Both the position numbers and the translations under genes were made by a program. The notes under the pieces are model-generated. The model was given only the letters and a program-made list of their open reading frames with translations. It did not search any database and had not been told where the DNA came from. DNA of 64,000 bases from Hemiscyllium ocellatum (lineage: Eukaryota), in assembly GCF_020745735.1 (NCBI RefSeq), contig NC_083409.1, positions 11,401,052 to 11,465,051 of the forward strand, in the 5' to 3' direction. Below, in pieces: positions 49,680-61,710 of the stretch (the first letter of the stretch is position 1; the number at the start of each line of letters is the position of its first letter).

Positions 49680-50008
49680 TCCGTGACAACTCTCAGCCCA
49701 AGCTGACCCTGCTGCCCCCCTCCCCTGAGCAGATTAATGCCAAGGACACTGCCACCCTGGTGTGCCTTGCCAATCACTTCTATCCCGATGAGCTGGAGGT
49801 GCAGTGGAAGAAAGACGGTGCAGTCATTTCGGACGGGGTTCAGACCAGCAACTACCTGCGAGCTTCGGACAGCACCTACAGTGTCAGCAGCCTGCTGACC
49901 CTCTCTGGGTCTGACTGGGAGTCCGACGCTCGCTTCTCCTGTGCCCTCACCCACGTGACCCTCCCCTCTCCCCTCAGCAAGAGCATCAGGAGATCAGAAT
50001 GTGTGTAG
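49680..50008 (+). CDS. IGKC: Ig kappa-type light-chain constant exon
   Basis: Polypyrimidine/CAG acceptor at 49678-49679, in phase with J2. (I)RDNSQPKLTLLPPSPEQINAKDTATLVCLANHFYPDELEVQWKKDG..YSVSSLLTLSGSDWESDARFSCALTHVTLPSPLSKSIRRSECV*, with the C1-set Cys/Trp/Cys and penultimate interchain Cys. Confidence 0.97.
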
Positions 50009-50532
50009 AGTGTTGGAGACAGTCCACAGAGGAGACACAACTTTAAATAGAACAGGGCTGAGCTGGCAGGACAAAGGTCATTGTCAGCACTGAATTTCAA
50101 CTCTCTTCCTTCTCAGGACTGGCTCAGAGAACCTTCTGAGGTTTGGATGTTAAAGCAAATCATTGTGACAGTGTCGACGGAGCTTTACGCTGTGTCAAAC
50201 CCCATGCTGTCCCTGTTCTGGGAGTCTTTGGTGGGACAGAATTGACTTGTGATGCCAAGTAAAATCTCTTGAAGTTGCTGAAGACTGTCAGCTGTACAAA
50301 ACAATGTGAACCTCAGAATTCTCTGCTTCAGTAAACCAGATCTCCTTCCTGCTCAGCTGTCAGTTCCAATTTAAGGTTTTGTCACTGTTTAAAGGGACAG
50401 GATTCTCATGTTATTGAGCAATTCTCCACAAGTGTTTTCCTCAAACTCCATTGTGGTGTGAATTTGAGCAGCCTCCTCTGTCTGGGCTGTTAATTGCAGT
50501 TTTTTTTCTGTCAATGTGAATGTGGAAAAGGG

Positions 50533-50538
50533 AATAAA
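50533..50538 (+). terminator. Probable polyadenylation signal of the kappa transcript
   Basis: AATAAA ~525 nt after the stop codon, followed by a T/GT-rich stretch. Confidence 0.6.
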
Positions 50539-50905
50539 GATGAAGATTCAGTCTCTGTCTCTGTGTGCTTTGGAAATAGATGACCTTCCCCGCCCCCCAG
50601 TTGATTGGCTGCATTTCAACAGGTCGTTGTCAAGATTGGCTGGTTGGCCTGTCAATCAATTACAATCATTAATCATTTTCATATGGTCCCTTTGGTCAGG
50701 AATTTATGTAGATTACAAGATTCCAAAAAGAACAGAAACTGAAAGCTGTTAGGGCTCAATAGGTACAATCTGATGCATTCCCTCTTCACTCTGTTGGTCC
50801 AGGCCCAGCTGATGGGATCGCACTGTGCAATCTCTGCTGCATGTTGGGTAGCTGCTGAAACAATCTTCGGCCAATCACTGACATTGTCAGCTGTGTCTCT
50901 CTGAG

Positions 50906-51143
50906 GTAAAAACAAGGACTGCAGATGCTGGAAACCAGATTCTAGATTAGAGTGGTACTGGAAAAGCACAGCAGTTCAGGCAGCATCTGAGGAGCAGGAA
51001 AATCGACATTTCGGGCAAAAGCCCTTCATCAGGAATAGAGCTCTATTCTTGATGAAGGGCTTTTGCCCAAAATGTCGATTTTCCTGCTCCTCGGTTGCTG
51101 CCTGAACTGCTGTGCTTTTCCAGCACCACTCTAATCTAGAATG
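50906..51143. mobile_element. Near-perfect palindromic mini-element (family A) with 14-bp TSD and two opposed hammerhead cores
   Basis: Symmetry 50939-51142 centred at 51040/51041. TSD TGTG(T/C)CTCTCTGAG at 50892-50905 and 51144-51157. Confidence 0.9.
51001..51036 (-). ncRNA. Candidate minimal hammerhead ribozyme motif
   Basis: 5'-attc CUGAUGA A GGGC-UUUU-GCCC GAAA U GUC gatt-3': conserved core, stem II and GUC cleavage triplet. Confidence 0.6.
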
Positions 51144-52511
51144 TGTGCCTCTCTGAGTGTGAGTGTTTAACTTAATGCTGCTTGGAGGGGTCTCTCTCAG
51201 TGTGGATTTGTTACTCAGAGAGACACCCACAGGCAGCGTTCAGTAACGCACCCACATTCGGAGACACCTGTCTGCAGCATGGAGTGTGATCATGTTCCTC
51301 AGTGCTACCTGTCTCACAGAGTGAGTGTGTTACTCTTTGCTGTCCGTAGGTGTCTCTCTGAGGTATGTGTCTCCGAGCGATGGATTGAGAATGGGCTTTG
51401 TGCTGGGGATTGAAGATTATGCTTTAATCTTCTCAAATCATGAATGGAAAACAATTCAGCTGATTCAGTCTGAGATGGCAGCTCATTCAGATGGCCGAAG
51501 TTAAAAAATCCAACAACTCCAGGTGATTGTTAAACAGGTTTATTTGAAAGTAGAAGCGTTCAGAGCACTGCTTCTTCATCAGGTAGCTGGAGGGGCAGGA
51601 TCATTGGACACAGAATTTATTGTAAATTGAGATGGCAGCTGAGAAAGGTGAATACTGAGAATGTATTCTCAGTAAGGGAGGGATTTCAGAGGCAGTTGGC
51701 ACTGTGCTCCCTCATGCAGAAATGTCGAATTTCCTGCTCCTCAGATGCTGCCTGACCTGCTGTGCTTTTCCAGCACTACTCTAATCTAGACTGTGCTCCC
51801 TAATGTGATGTCCAATTACAGGGGACTTTCTGAATCCAGGGTCAATGGTGGCTGCCTGCCCAGCCAATGCTGGCTCCCCATAGTCATATTTCAGTGGTTA
51901 ATTAACCCAAAACAAGGTGCAGCAATATTACCTTCCAGGGAGGGGAGCTGTCTGAGGGAGGGAGGGAGGTTGAACTCTTGCAGCCCTAAGAGAGGGTGCG
52001 GTGGATTAATGACAGGTATGACCACCATGAAGGTACCACCTTCTCTCCCCCTGCCCCAGCTGTGATGACCCTCAGGTTAAAAGTGTGACTGCTCTGGGAT
52101 GATGACCACATTCCTGGGTGATGGAGGGAAGGCCAATCTCTCCCAAAGGCAGCACAGGCTGGATCGAAGGTGAAACAAGAGTCAGCATGGGGAGATTGAG
52201 GGTGACAGAAGGAGGGGGTTGGTTGGCAAGTTGTTATTCAGAGTCAGGTCCCAGAGTATCAGTCCTTCTGACATTCCCCTTTTTATCTGTCAGCCAGGGC
52301 TCCTTGATTGGACAAAGTTAACCGTCCCTGTCAGAGAACTCATATTTTATCAAAAAGAATAAAACATTTATTGAACAAGGAGCTCAAGAGCTAAATGACA
52401 CGAGACAAAATGAATGGTTTGAAAGGTTTCATTATGGACACTGCAAATGAAATTTGGAGAAGAACTTTTTTCACTCCACGGGTGGTGGGAATCTGGAATG
52501 AACTGTCATAA

Positions 52512-52807
52512 AATCCCTACAGTGAGGAAACAGGCCATTTGGCCCAACATTCCACACTGACCGTTGGAAGAGTAACCTACCCAAGACCCAATCCCCTATC
52601 TTATTACTCTGCTTTTCCCCTGACTGATGAGCCGAACCTACACATCCCTGACCACTGTGGGCAATTTAGCACAGCCAATTAACCTAACCTGCACATCTTT
52701 AGATTGTGGGAGGAAACCAGAGCACCCAGAGGAAACCTACGCAGACACTTGGAGAATGTGCAAATTCCACACAGACAGTTGCCTGAGGCTGGAATTGAAC
52801 TTGGGTC
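52512..52807 (-). mobile_element. HE1-like SINE, head cut by the Penelope-like insertion
   Basis: Same body and tail as 18424-18716 and 27995-28274. Confidence 0.8.
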
Positions 52808-55600
52808 AAAACACCCAATCCAGCCTTGACTTCGCTCCAACCTCTGCCTCCACTTCTGGCCCCACCCACTCTGCAACCAAGATTACGACTACAATTCCCA
52901 GAGTCACCCTGAGTCCAACTGCCTACCTGCAGCCAGCCAGCACACTCGCTCTCCCTCCTCACCCATCTACCCCCACAGTGCACCCTATCCCTCCACTTCT
53001 CCATCTTCACCTCATCCCCACCTTCGCACTCCCACACCTCACTCCACAACCCACCTCCGTCCCAATATCCTTTCTCTCCCACACCCATTCTCTCCCATTC
53101 CCATCAGCCTTGCCCCCTCCCCTCCTTCAGCCATCTCGGACCCCCCTGAAAACCTCGTCCCCCACCCCGAGCCTTGCCCCTTATTTACTGCCCCCCACGA
53201 CCTCGAACTCTCTGAGTCCAAAAGGTCCATCCTGAGAAAAGGGCTCACATTTGTTCCCAACTTCAAAAAATCCCGCACCCACCAGGACGTGGAGCTCTTC
53301 TTCCGCCGCCTCTACCTCCGTGTCTTCTTCTTTAACAAAAACTCCCAAACTCCCTCTGAGGACCCCTCCTCCCACCTTCAACCTTCCTCCTCCACTTGGT
53401 CACCCCCCAACCCCCCCACCACCAGCTGTGTACACACCCTAGAGCCCTTCATTGCTGACCACTGATGTGACATCAGCCGCCTCAATTTCTCCACCTCCCC
53501 TCACCCTCTCCAAACACCCCTCCTCCAAACATGCAGCCCTCCACTCTCTCCGTACCAACCCCCGGTTCACTATCAAACCCACTGACAAAGGTGGTAGTCT
53601 GGGGAACGGACCTCTATGTCACAGAGGCCGAACCCCAACTCTCTGACCCCACGTTCTACCTCCCCCTTGCCCATGACCCCACTGTGACCCATCAGGCCAA
53701 GATCACTCACACTGTCTGTGCCCCCATTGCCTCCAGTGATCTCCCCTCCACTGTCTCCAATCTCACAGTCCCCCAGCCCTGCACTGCCCAGTTCTACCTG
53801 CTCCCCAAGATCCACAAACCCAACTACACCGGCCGACCCATCATCTCAACATGCTCCTGCCCCACCGAACTCCTCTCATCCTACCTCAACTCCATCCTCT
53901 CCTCCTGGGTTCAGGCACTTCCCACCTACATCCGTGACACCAACCATGCCCTCCATCTCTTCAGAAACCTTCAGTTCCCAGGCCTCCAGCACTTTACCTT
54001 CACTATGGACAGTCCTTATATACGTCCATACCCAACAAGATCAGCCTCCTGGCCCTCTCTTTTTTTCTCTCCAACAGATCCATCCACTCCCCCTCCACCA
54101 ATACCCTCCTCCATCTGGCTGAACTGGTCCTCACCCTCAACAACTTTTCCTTTAACTCCTCCCAGTTCCTCTAAATCCAGGGCTGGCTATGAGTACCTGG
54201 ATGGGCCCCAGCTCCCCCTGCCCCTTTATTGGCTATGCTGAACAGTCCCTCTTCAGTGCCTACACAGGCATTGTGCCCCAGCTCTGCTACCATTACATCG
54301 ATGACTGCGTTGGTGCAGTGACCTGCACCCAGGCTGAACTGGAGCAGTTCATCGTCTTCGCCCACAACTTCCACCCTACCCTCAAATTCACTTGGTCCGC
54401 CTTGGACACCTCCCTCCCCTTTATTGACCTCTCCATTCCCATCTCCAGTGACAGTGTTCAGATAGACATTTACTGCAAACTCATTATTACCCGGAATATA
54501 CATTCTCCCACCCAGTATCCTGCAAGACCTCCATCCCATTCTTCCAATTCCTCCGCCTCTGCTCTACCTGCTCAGATGAGGAGACATTCCGTTCCCAAGT
54601 ATTCCAGATGTCCACCTATTTCAAACAACATGCTTTTGCTCCTTCTGTCATCCATCGCACCACCTCCATTTCCTGTTCCACTGCTCTAAACCCACCCCCT
54701 CCAAACAGAATAAAGACAGAGTGCCCATTGGCCTCACCTATCACCCAAACCAATCTCTGTATCCAACACATCATCCTATTCTGCCAACCCCAAACCCCAC
54801 CACCAAGAATGTCTTCCTCACCATACCCCTGTCTGCCTTCCACAAGGACTGTTCTCTTTGACAATTCTTGGTTTGCACCACTCTCTCCACCATCTCTCCT
54901 GAACCCCCAGGTACCTTCCCCTGCAAACGGAAATGATGCAAAGCCTGCTGGTACACCAACCCCAGCACCTCCATCCAGGGCCCCAAACAGTCCTTCCAGG
55001 TGAGACAGAGGTTCACCTGCCTCTCCTCCAACCTAGTTTACTGCATCAGGTGACGGCGATGTGGTCTTCTCTACATCAGGAAACCAAACTTCGGCAGCGG
55101 TTGGCCGTGCATATCAGCTGGGCCTGTAGGAGCCGACCAGACCTCCCAGTCACCACCCATTTTAATTCCCCTTCCCACTCCCTTTCTACCATGATCATCT
55201 TTGGCTTCCTCCATTGCCACAATGAACCAAATCGCAAATTGGAGGGACAATACCTCATCTTCTGCCTGGGCAGCCTACAGCCCAGAGGATTCAACACTGA
55301 GTTCTCCAATTTCAAACACCTTCGCTTCCCATCCCTGGACTCCCTCCTCAGCCCCTCCCATCTCTTCCACTCCTCTCTGCCACCAAACAGATTCATTCCT
55401 TCCATTAACGAACCAAGTCGTGTCCTCTGCCTGTCTTCATCTATCTCCATTCTCCACCTTGCCCCAGCAACCCGCTTTATCTGCAGCTCCGCCTACACTC
55501 ACCACCATTCCTGAAGAAGGGTTACACCCAAAACATCAACTTCTTCACCGCCTGATGCTGCCTGACTTGCTGTGTTCCTCCAACCTCCTGCCTGTCATTG
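52808..55600 (+). mobile_element. Decayed Penelope-like element (RT + GIY-YIG endonuclease + 3' pseudo-LTR)
   Basis: IKPTDKGG, FYLLPKIHK..GRPIIS, YIRDTNH, YIDD (54189-54689), VYCIR..GLLYI..RQRLA.H..LQPRGFNTE (54990-55310), and a pLTR with CTGAAGA..AAAAC at ~55510. Frameshifts and stops present. Confidence 0.9.
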
Positions 55601-58492
55601 AATGGAACCAGCAGGAAAGGGCTGGACAATCAAGTGTCAGGGCCATCAACAAGTGGGAATGGGACACACTACAGATAATGCATTGAGACAGTCAATCACA
55701 AAGAGAACACCAAACTGGAAATGAAACACTCATACACAGTGGACGGAATTTAATATCAGAAAGTGTGAGACCATGCACTTTGTTCGGAATAATCAAAAGG
55801 CCGACTATTATTTAAATAGTGAGAGATTCCAAAAAAGTGCAGTACAGAGTGATCTGGGTCGTATTGTGCATGAAACATTGAAAGTTAGTGCAGGTGCAGC
55901 AAGGAATTGAGAAGGCAAATGGAATTTTCACCTTTATTGTCTGGGGTTGGAATTTAAAAGTAGAGAAATCTTGTTGAAACTTTACAGGATGTTAGTGAGC
56001 CTGGAGTTGAAGTATTGTGTGCAATTTTGGTCCCTGTATTTAAGAAAGGATGGACAGTCATTGGAGTCCTACTCCTGCTTCAATTTCTCATGTCCTTGTC
56101 TGCTCCAGTGTCCTTCCCTCACAGCACAACTGGTTTGTCCCCTGCCTGCAGTAGCAGCCTCCAGTCTCTGGGTGGTGCTGCCATATGATCTGCCTTGCCC
56201 AGGCTGTCACAATTCCCACATCACAACAATGCCTGGACTTCGGAAGTATTGAATTGGCTGTAAAACATTTTCCAACATCCAAGCTCAAAAACGGCATAAT
56301 AGAAATATAATTCTCTCTCCTTTTATATTTTGTCTCCAAGCCTTCCCACCCGTCATCCAACAACATCGCACACTTGTGTAAAATCTAGAATGGATCATGA
56401 ATCTCTGGGAGAACTTACTTTGTGACAACACTGGGTCTAATGACCACACCCTCAGTGGGCTTTGAGGGTGAAGGTCCATAGCAGTCTCATTGGGACTTGA
56501 TCTGAATTGTCTCCAGTCAGTCAGTGCTTTTGTCTGGTCCAGACAGTACTGACCAACGTTAGACCCCTGTGATCTGATTGAGATGAAGGGTGAGCTGTGC
56601 TGGAATTTCACACATGGCTCACACACATGGTGAAGCAGGGATTCCCCATTTCAGAAAAGTAAATGGAATGAACGAACTGGGTGGATGTGACAACCCCACC
56701 TGTCCCCAAGAGAGTGGGGACAGGAACAGTAATATTCTCACACAGAAAGGATGGTAAAAATTTTAACCCAGAGAGAGAGAGGGGATAGGAAAAGCAATGC
56801 TCCCTAAAGACAGGGGACAGTATCTGTCTGTTCCACACTTTCTTGTTGTGTTGTGACCTTGGGAAATTGGTTTGGTTTATATTTTCTCCATTGTATTTAG
56901 GTTTGATGAGGTGATTCATTAACAAGGATTCCAATTACATATTTCCTGTAGCAGCAAATCCATTGAAGATCACAGTTTCATTTGGAGTTTGCCCAAGTTT
57001 CTGTCCAGGCTGATGCAGCATGGTCTACCAGTGCTGCTTCTATTGGGCTAAACCATCACACACGAGGGAATCTGACAGACACCTTCTCTTTGTGCTGGCA
57101 AAGGGAGATATTTGGTTTTACTGCGATCTCTGTGGCCAGAGAAATTAGTCAGTGGATGTAGTTCCAGCTGAGCAGAATGTTCTGATATTCATGATGGGAT
57201 TAACCTCAACAGTTCCCACTTGCCTTTACACCGACAGTGGAACAGGAAGTTACCACGCAATGGTCTCCTGGCTCACACTGAGAAACCGAGTTGATGGTAT
57301 AACTGTAGAGAGCAAGGCAATGCCTTGGACTCACCGAACAACCAGAGGCTTCAGCCAACAACTGGGTCACAGGCAAATGGCGTGTTGTATAAACTCTCAG
57401 TATCTCAGCGAACATTCATTGACAAACATAACTACAAAATGGAACAGGATATTGTTTATGAAAATTGGCATTGCAAAAATAAAATACAAACACATTATAG
57501 GTAATCTCATTTCAAAGATTACAGCATTTTCTTTGGAAACTGGACGATAATGAGATGAGAAATCAAACACCCATCCACTCCGTCACACGGTGTTGAAGAC
57601 GCACTGTCCTCATCATAACAGGTTTGCAAGCATCTGAATAACATGGAAGGGGAGAGAAACATTGCAAACTGTATTATACGAGAGAGGATCCATTAAAACC
57701 TAGAACCATGATGTTAAATGCTCCCTGCTATAAACAACACTGATGCATTCACATCATTGGAATGTTAAATGATTTAAATCTCAAGAGGCATTCATGATTT
57801 TTTTCCAAGTCCATAGCAAGAAAGCAGCAGCTGACATATGAACTCTAACAAAATGATGACAGGCACTGAATACAGAGCTGACTCCAGAGAGAGTGAAAAA
57901 AAATCAACCGCAGAGATCTGTCCATTGCTGGGAACATTTTAGACAAGACGCCTTGTTGCCAGCAAGTTACTGCAGCTTGAAAACTCCAGTAGGGTCAGAA
58001 AGAGAAAAAGGACAATGTGCAGATTGTTGAACAGGCCCCTACACCTGGGCCTGAGGCAGGAGCCCAAGCTCCAACACACTGGCCTCACTTCACACCAACC
58101 CTCACACAGTGCGGGGTCATGAACTCCGGCCATCAATCTCTCTGGGACCGGGACGGAGTGACAGAACAGGGACAATTGTAGAAGAGTCAATAAGGAGCAA
58201 AGCAAGATGGAGAGGGTGTGTTGGAAAGGGGTTAGAGGAGGAAATATACTTTGTGCCACTCAGTACTGACATCATCTACGTGTTTCACAGAATGAACAAA
58301 ACAACACACTGTGGAGACAAACAAAAGTCCCATCAAAGTACTTTTCTTATCACAGGGGATATTTTCATTGTGGTGCCCTCAGTACCCTACTTCTGAAGCT
58401 GCACTGTCTCTCTATGGGTCTCTGCAGATTGAGCCTGTCAGCTCCAAGCAGAGTCCCACTTTACCTTTTACTGATCAGGGACAGTGAAGCAG

Positions 58493-58506
58493 CTGCCCTC
58501 TAGTGG
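58493..58506 (-). promoter_or_regulatory. Strong CTCF-binding motif
   Basis: CCACTAGAGGGCAG on the - strand matches the CCASYAGRKGGCRS core. Confidence 0.6.
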
Positions 58507-58999
58507 CGAGAGAGAGCTTGCACGGCTGCTGAGGATTATGGGTAAAGTCCCCTTCCATTCGCGCCCACACAAACCAGCAGCTACTTCAGCTGCTTTATTG
58601 AAAACCACAAACTTTCAAGGCGCTGTACTTTCAACGGTGGAACTAGACACACGATCAAATGAGTTAGGGGCAGAGGAAGGAGATTCATCCTCTTGAGCCT
58701 GCTCCCCATGGCTGACCTGATTATTCCACATTCTTGCCTTACTCTGATAGATTCTTGAAAGCAATGGCTATCTACTTCTTCACTACAAGCATTCAGAAGT
58801 TTCATTTCTATGTTTGATGAAGAGTTCCAAAGATCTATGACCTTATGCAAGAAAAAAAATCTTGCTTATCTCGGTCTTCTGTGAGGGAACTTGTTTTAAT
58901 TTGATATTCTCCCCGAAAAGGAAACACGCTTTTCACATCCACGCTGTATTCTATGTTCATGTTGATATGGCATCTGCTTTAATCAGCTGCTCTCTCATG

Positions 59000-61710
59000 C
59001 TGTCCCGAAGAATGGTTAGATCATGGCTAGAATATGGTGCACAGTTAGGGTCTGCTTTGAGGGGCAATACATAATGGGACATGGACAGGGAATCTAGGGT
59101 CACAAGAGATGTGCAGGCTAGCAAATGGAAAATGCCATGGAAAATGCAGGATTACAGGATTAGGGTGGGGGAGGTGTGCGTCTGGGTGGGATGGTCTTCA
59201 AAGGGTCTGTATGAGCTTGCTGTGCTGTGTGGCCTGCTTCCACTCTGTAGGAATTCCTCAATTCTGTGATTCTACGAAGGCCAGACAGGATGTCAACAGT
59301 GGAGGGAGGGTATTCTGATGTTCAAAAATTCTTAAACAAATAAACACAGTAAATGTAGATTGACTATCAGTGCAGACAAACTGAAAGGCAAAATGACATA
59401 TTCTCCAGTCATATACCAGGTACAGAAAGATCAGGAAAAACATTTTGATACAGTTATTGGAATTGAATGATGAATAATCATAAACAGAGTGCTCCATTCA
59501 TAAAAAGACAGGAATACTTTTTAGAGTTTCAATAGGCCTGAAGGAAAAGAGGAAATCAGGATCACATAGTCATTTGAGAATATAGTACTTGAGTGAGACA
59601 AATGAAAGCATTTTATTTTGCCTTGCTTTCTCTCCATGGATACTGCCTGACCCGCTGGGGTCTCCAGAGTTTTGCTGCGCTATTTCTTACAAATTGTCTT
59701 ATTGTGTGCAAGACAAAAGCTTTGACAAACTGTTTCTTTTTTTCAGCAACACTTGAATTTGGATCAGTTTGGAGAGAAAGCAGGGCCATGGAATTATCTT
59801 TCCCTGCCGGGAGGGAGGGAGTGTGTGTGGAATCTCCCATGGGCAGGGTTCTCCTGGCTGCCACCATATAAGGAAGGCTGGAGCTTGATGATCGAGCTGA
59901 ATGGACAGGGCTCACTCTCACAGTCCTCCGGGCCATGGAGCCTCTTGTGATGGGAGCATCTACTTGGTCTCAGGGCAGACAATGACATTGCAGTGCGATT
60001 GGAAATGGGACAACTTGACAGTGGATGCTGCATAATGGCTGCACTGACTCTTCCTCTCTGCCTGATCCCTCCCCCATTTAATATATTAATGTGAGAGGAT
60101 TAGAGACCCTTACCAGCGAGAGTGTGGTGGCTCAGAGGCTAAAAGGCAGCCAGCAAAGAGCAGCATTATTCCTTCTCAGGGTGTTAATGTCATTGGCAAG
60201 CCTCATATTTATTGCCCATCTCCAGCAGTTCAGACTGAGTTCTTTGCTGAGCCAGATCATGGGGCCGTTAAGAATGAATCATGTCACTGTGGGACTGGAG
60301 TCACAGTCTGGGTGATGACTGGATTCCCTTGCCTAAAGAACCTACATAAAATGACATTGAGTTTCATAGTTTTTGTTTGGACACATCCCAGCGCCGTCCT
60401 TCTCAGATATTAAATTGCTTACCACCGCCCTCTCCAGGGCAATTAGGGAAGGGCAACCAATAGCAGACACATCAACCCTTGCCCCATCCCAGGAGAACTC
60501 AAAATAAATGAGGGACAATTCAAATGATTAACCTGGGGGAGGCTTGAATCAATCTCTTTGAAAGACTGGAGCCTGCTTTTTTGCAGATTACAAGGTGGAG
60601 TGCCCCAACGACTGGCACTGGGATCCGGCACAATATGAATTGCAAAGGTCTAACAAACGGGTACAAAGACAATGTCCCCAAACTGTAAAAAAAAGTTGAT
60701 CAGGAAGAACTCGAGAGATGACAGAAAGCCATTAGTGGGTGTAAGACTGTAATGCAGATGTAGTTTAATACACCAGAAATACAATTAAAGCGATTGGGAT
60801 AGAAGGCAATGGGATTAATTGAGTTTCTCTGCTGAGAGTTGGCAAGAAGCTTTCCTACTTGTAATGACTCAGAACAATGAATGATGAAGTGCATATTGTA
60901 AACAGTGTACTGCAGCGGGTAAGAAAGGATGGCCAGTGACATAAATGCTTAAAATTGGGAAAATTTTCAGAATAAGACATGGCAAAGGCCGCTGGGATTT
61001 TGGAATGAATATTGAGAGTGAGTACATGGAGGGAGAGTGGTCAGGACAGCTGTGCTGTAGAATGGTTAAGTCACATCTGGAATATGGTGGACAGTTAGGG
61101 GCTTCTATGAGGTGCAATGCAGAATGGTACAGGGATAGGGGATCGACGTTACAAGGATCTCGAGGAGGGAGGGAGGGAATTCTGATATACAAAATTCCTT
61201 AATGAAATCAACACAGTAAATGTAGATTTTCTGTCAATGATGGCAAACAGAAAGGCAAAATGGCACATTCTATGGTCAAACACCAGGTACAGGAAGAAGA
61301 TCTGGAAAAATATTTTGATGCAGAGATTGGAATTTAGTGAATGCTGATAAACTGAGACCTCCATTCAAAATGGGACAGAATAACTCCTTGGAAATTGAAC
61401 AGGTCTGAAGCAAAAGAGTAAATTATGATCAAATAATTATTTGAGAATATTGTGGTAGGTTTTTGTTTTTCCTTCATCAGGGCAATTGCAAAAATCCAAT
61501 CGAAAGAGAAAAAAACCACATTTATATTGCATGAGAGGAAAGTGCTGACAGATTGAGGTGTTGTCACGATGAACACACCAGTTTAAATATTGTTTCCCTT
61601 TGCTATGGCATTTCTTGTAAATTGTCCTGATGCATGCAAGACAAAAAAGCTCCAAGAAAATGTTTTGTTTTTCAGCAACACTCAAATTAGAATCAGTTTG
61701 GAGAGAAAGT
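59000..61710 (+). repeat. Old direct duplication (~59000-59780 vs ~61050-61710) of ancient CR1-derived sequence
   Basis: Shared collinear blocks such as AACACAGTAAATGTAGATT, GAAAGGCAAAATG and TTTTCAGCAACACT..TCAGTTTGGAGAGAAAG. Confidence 0.7.
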
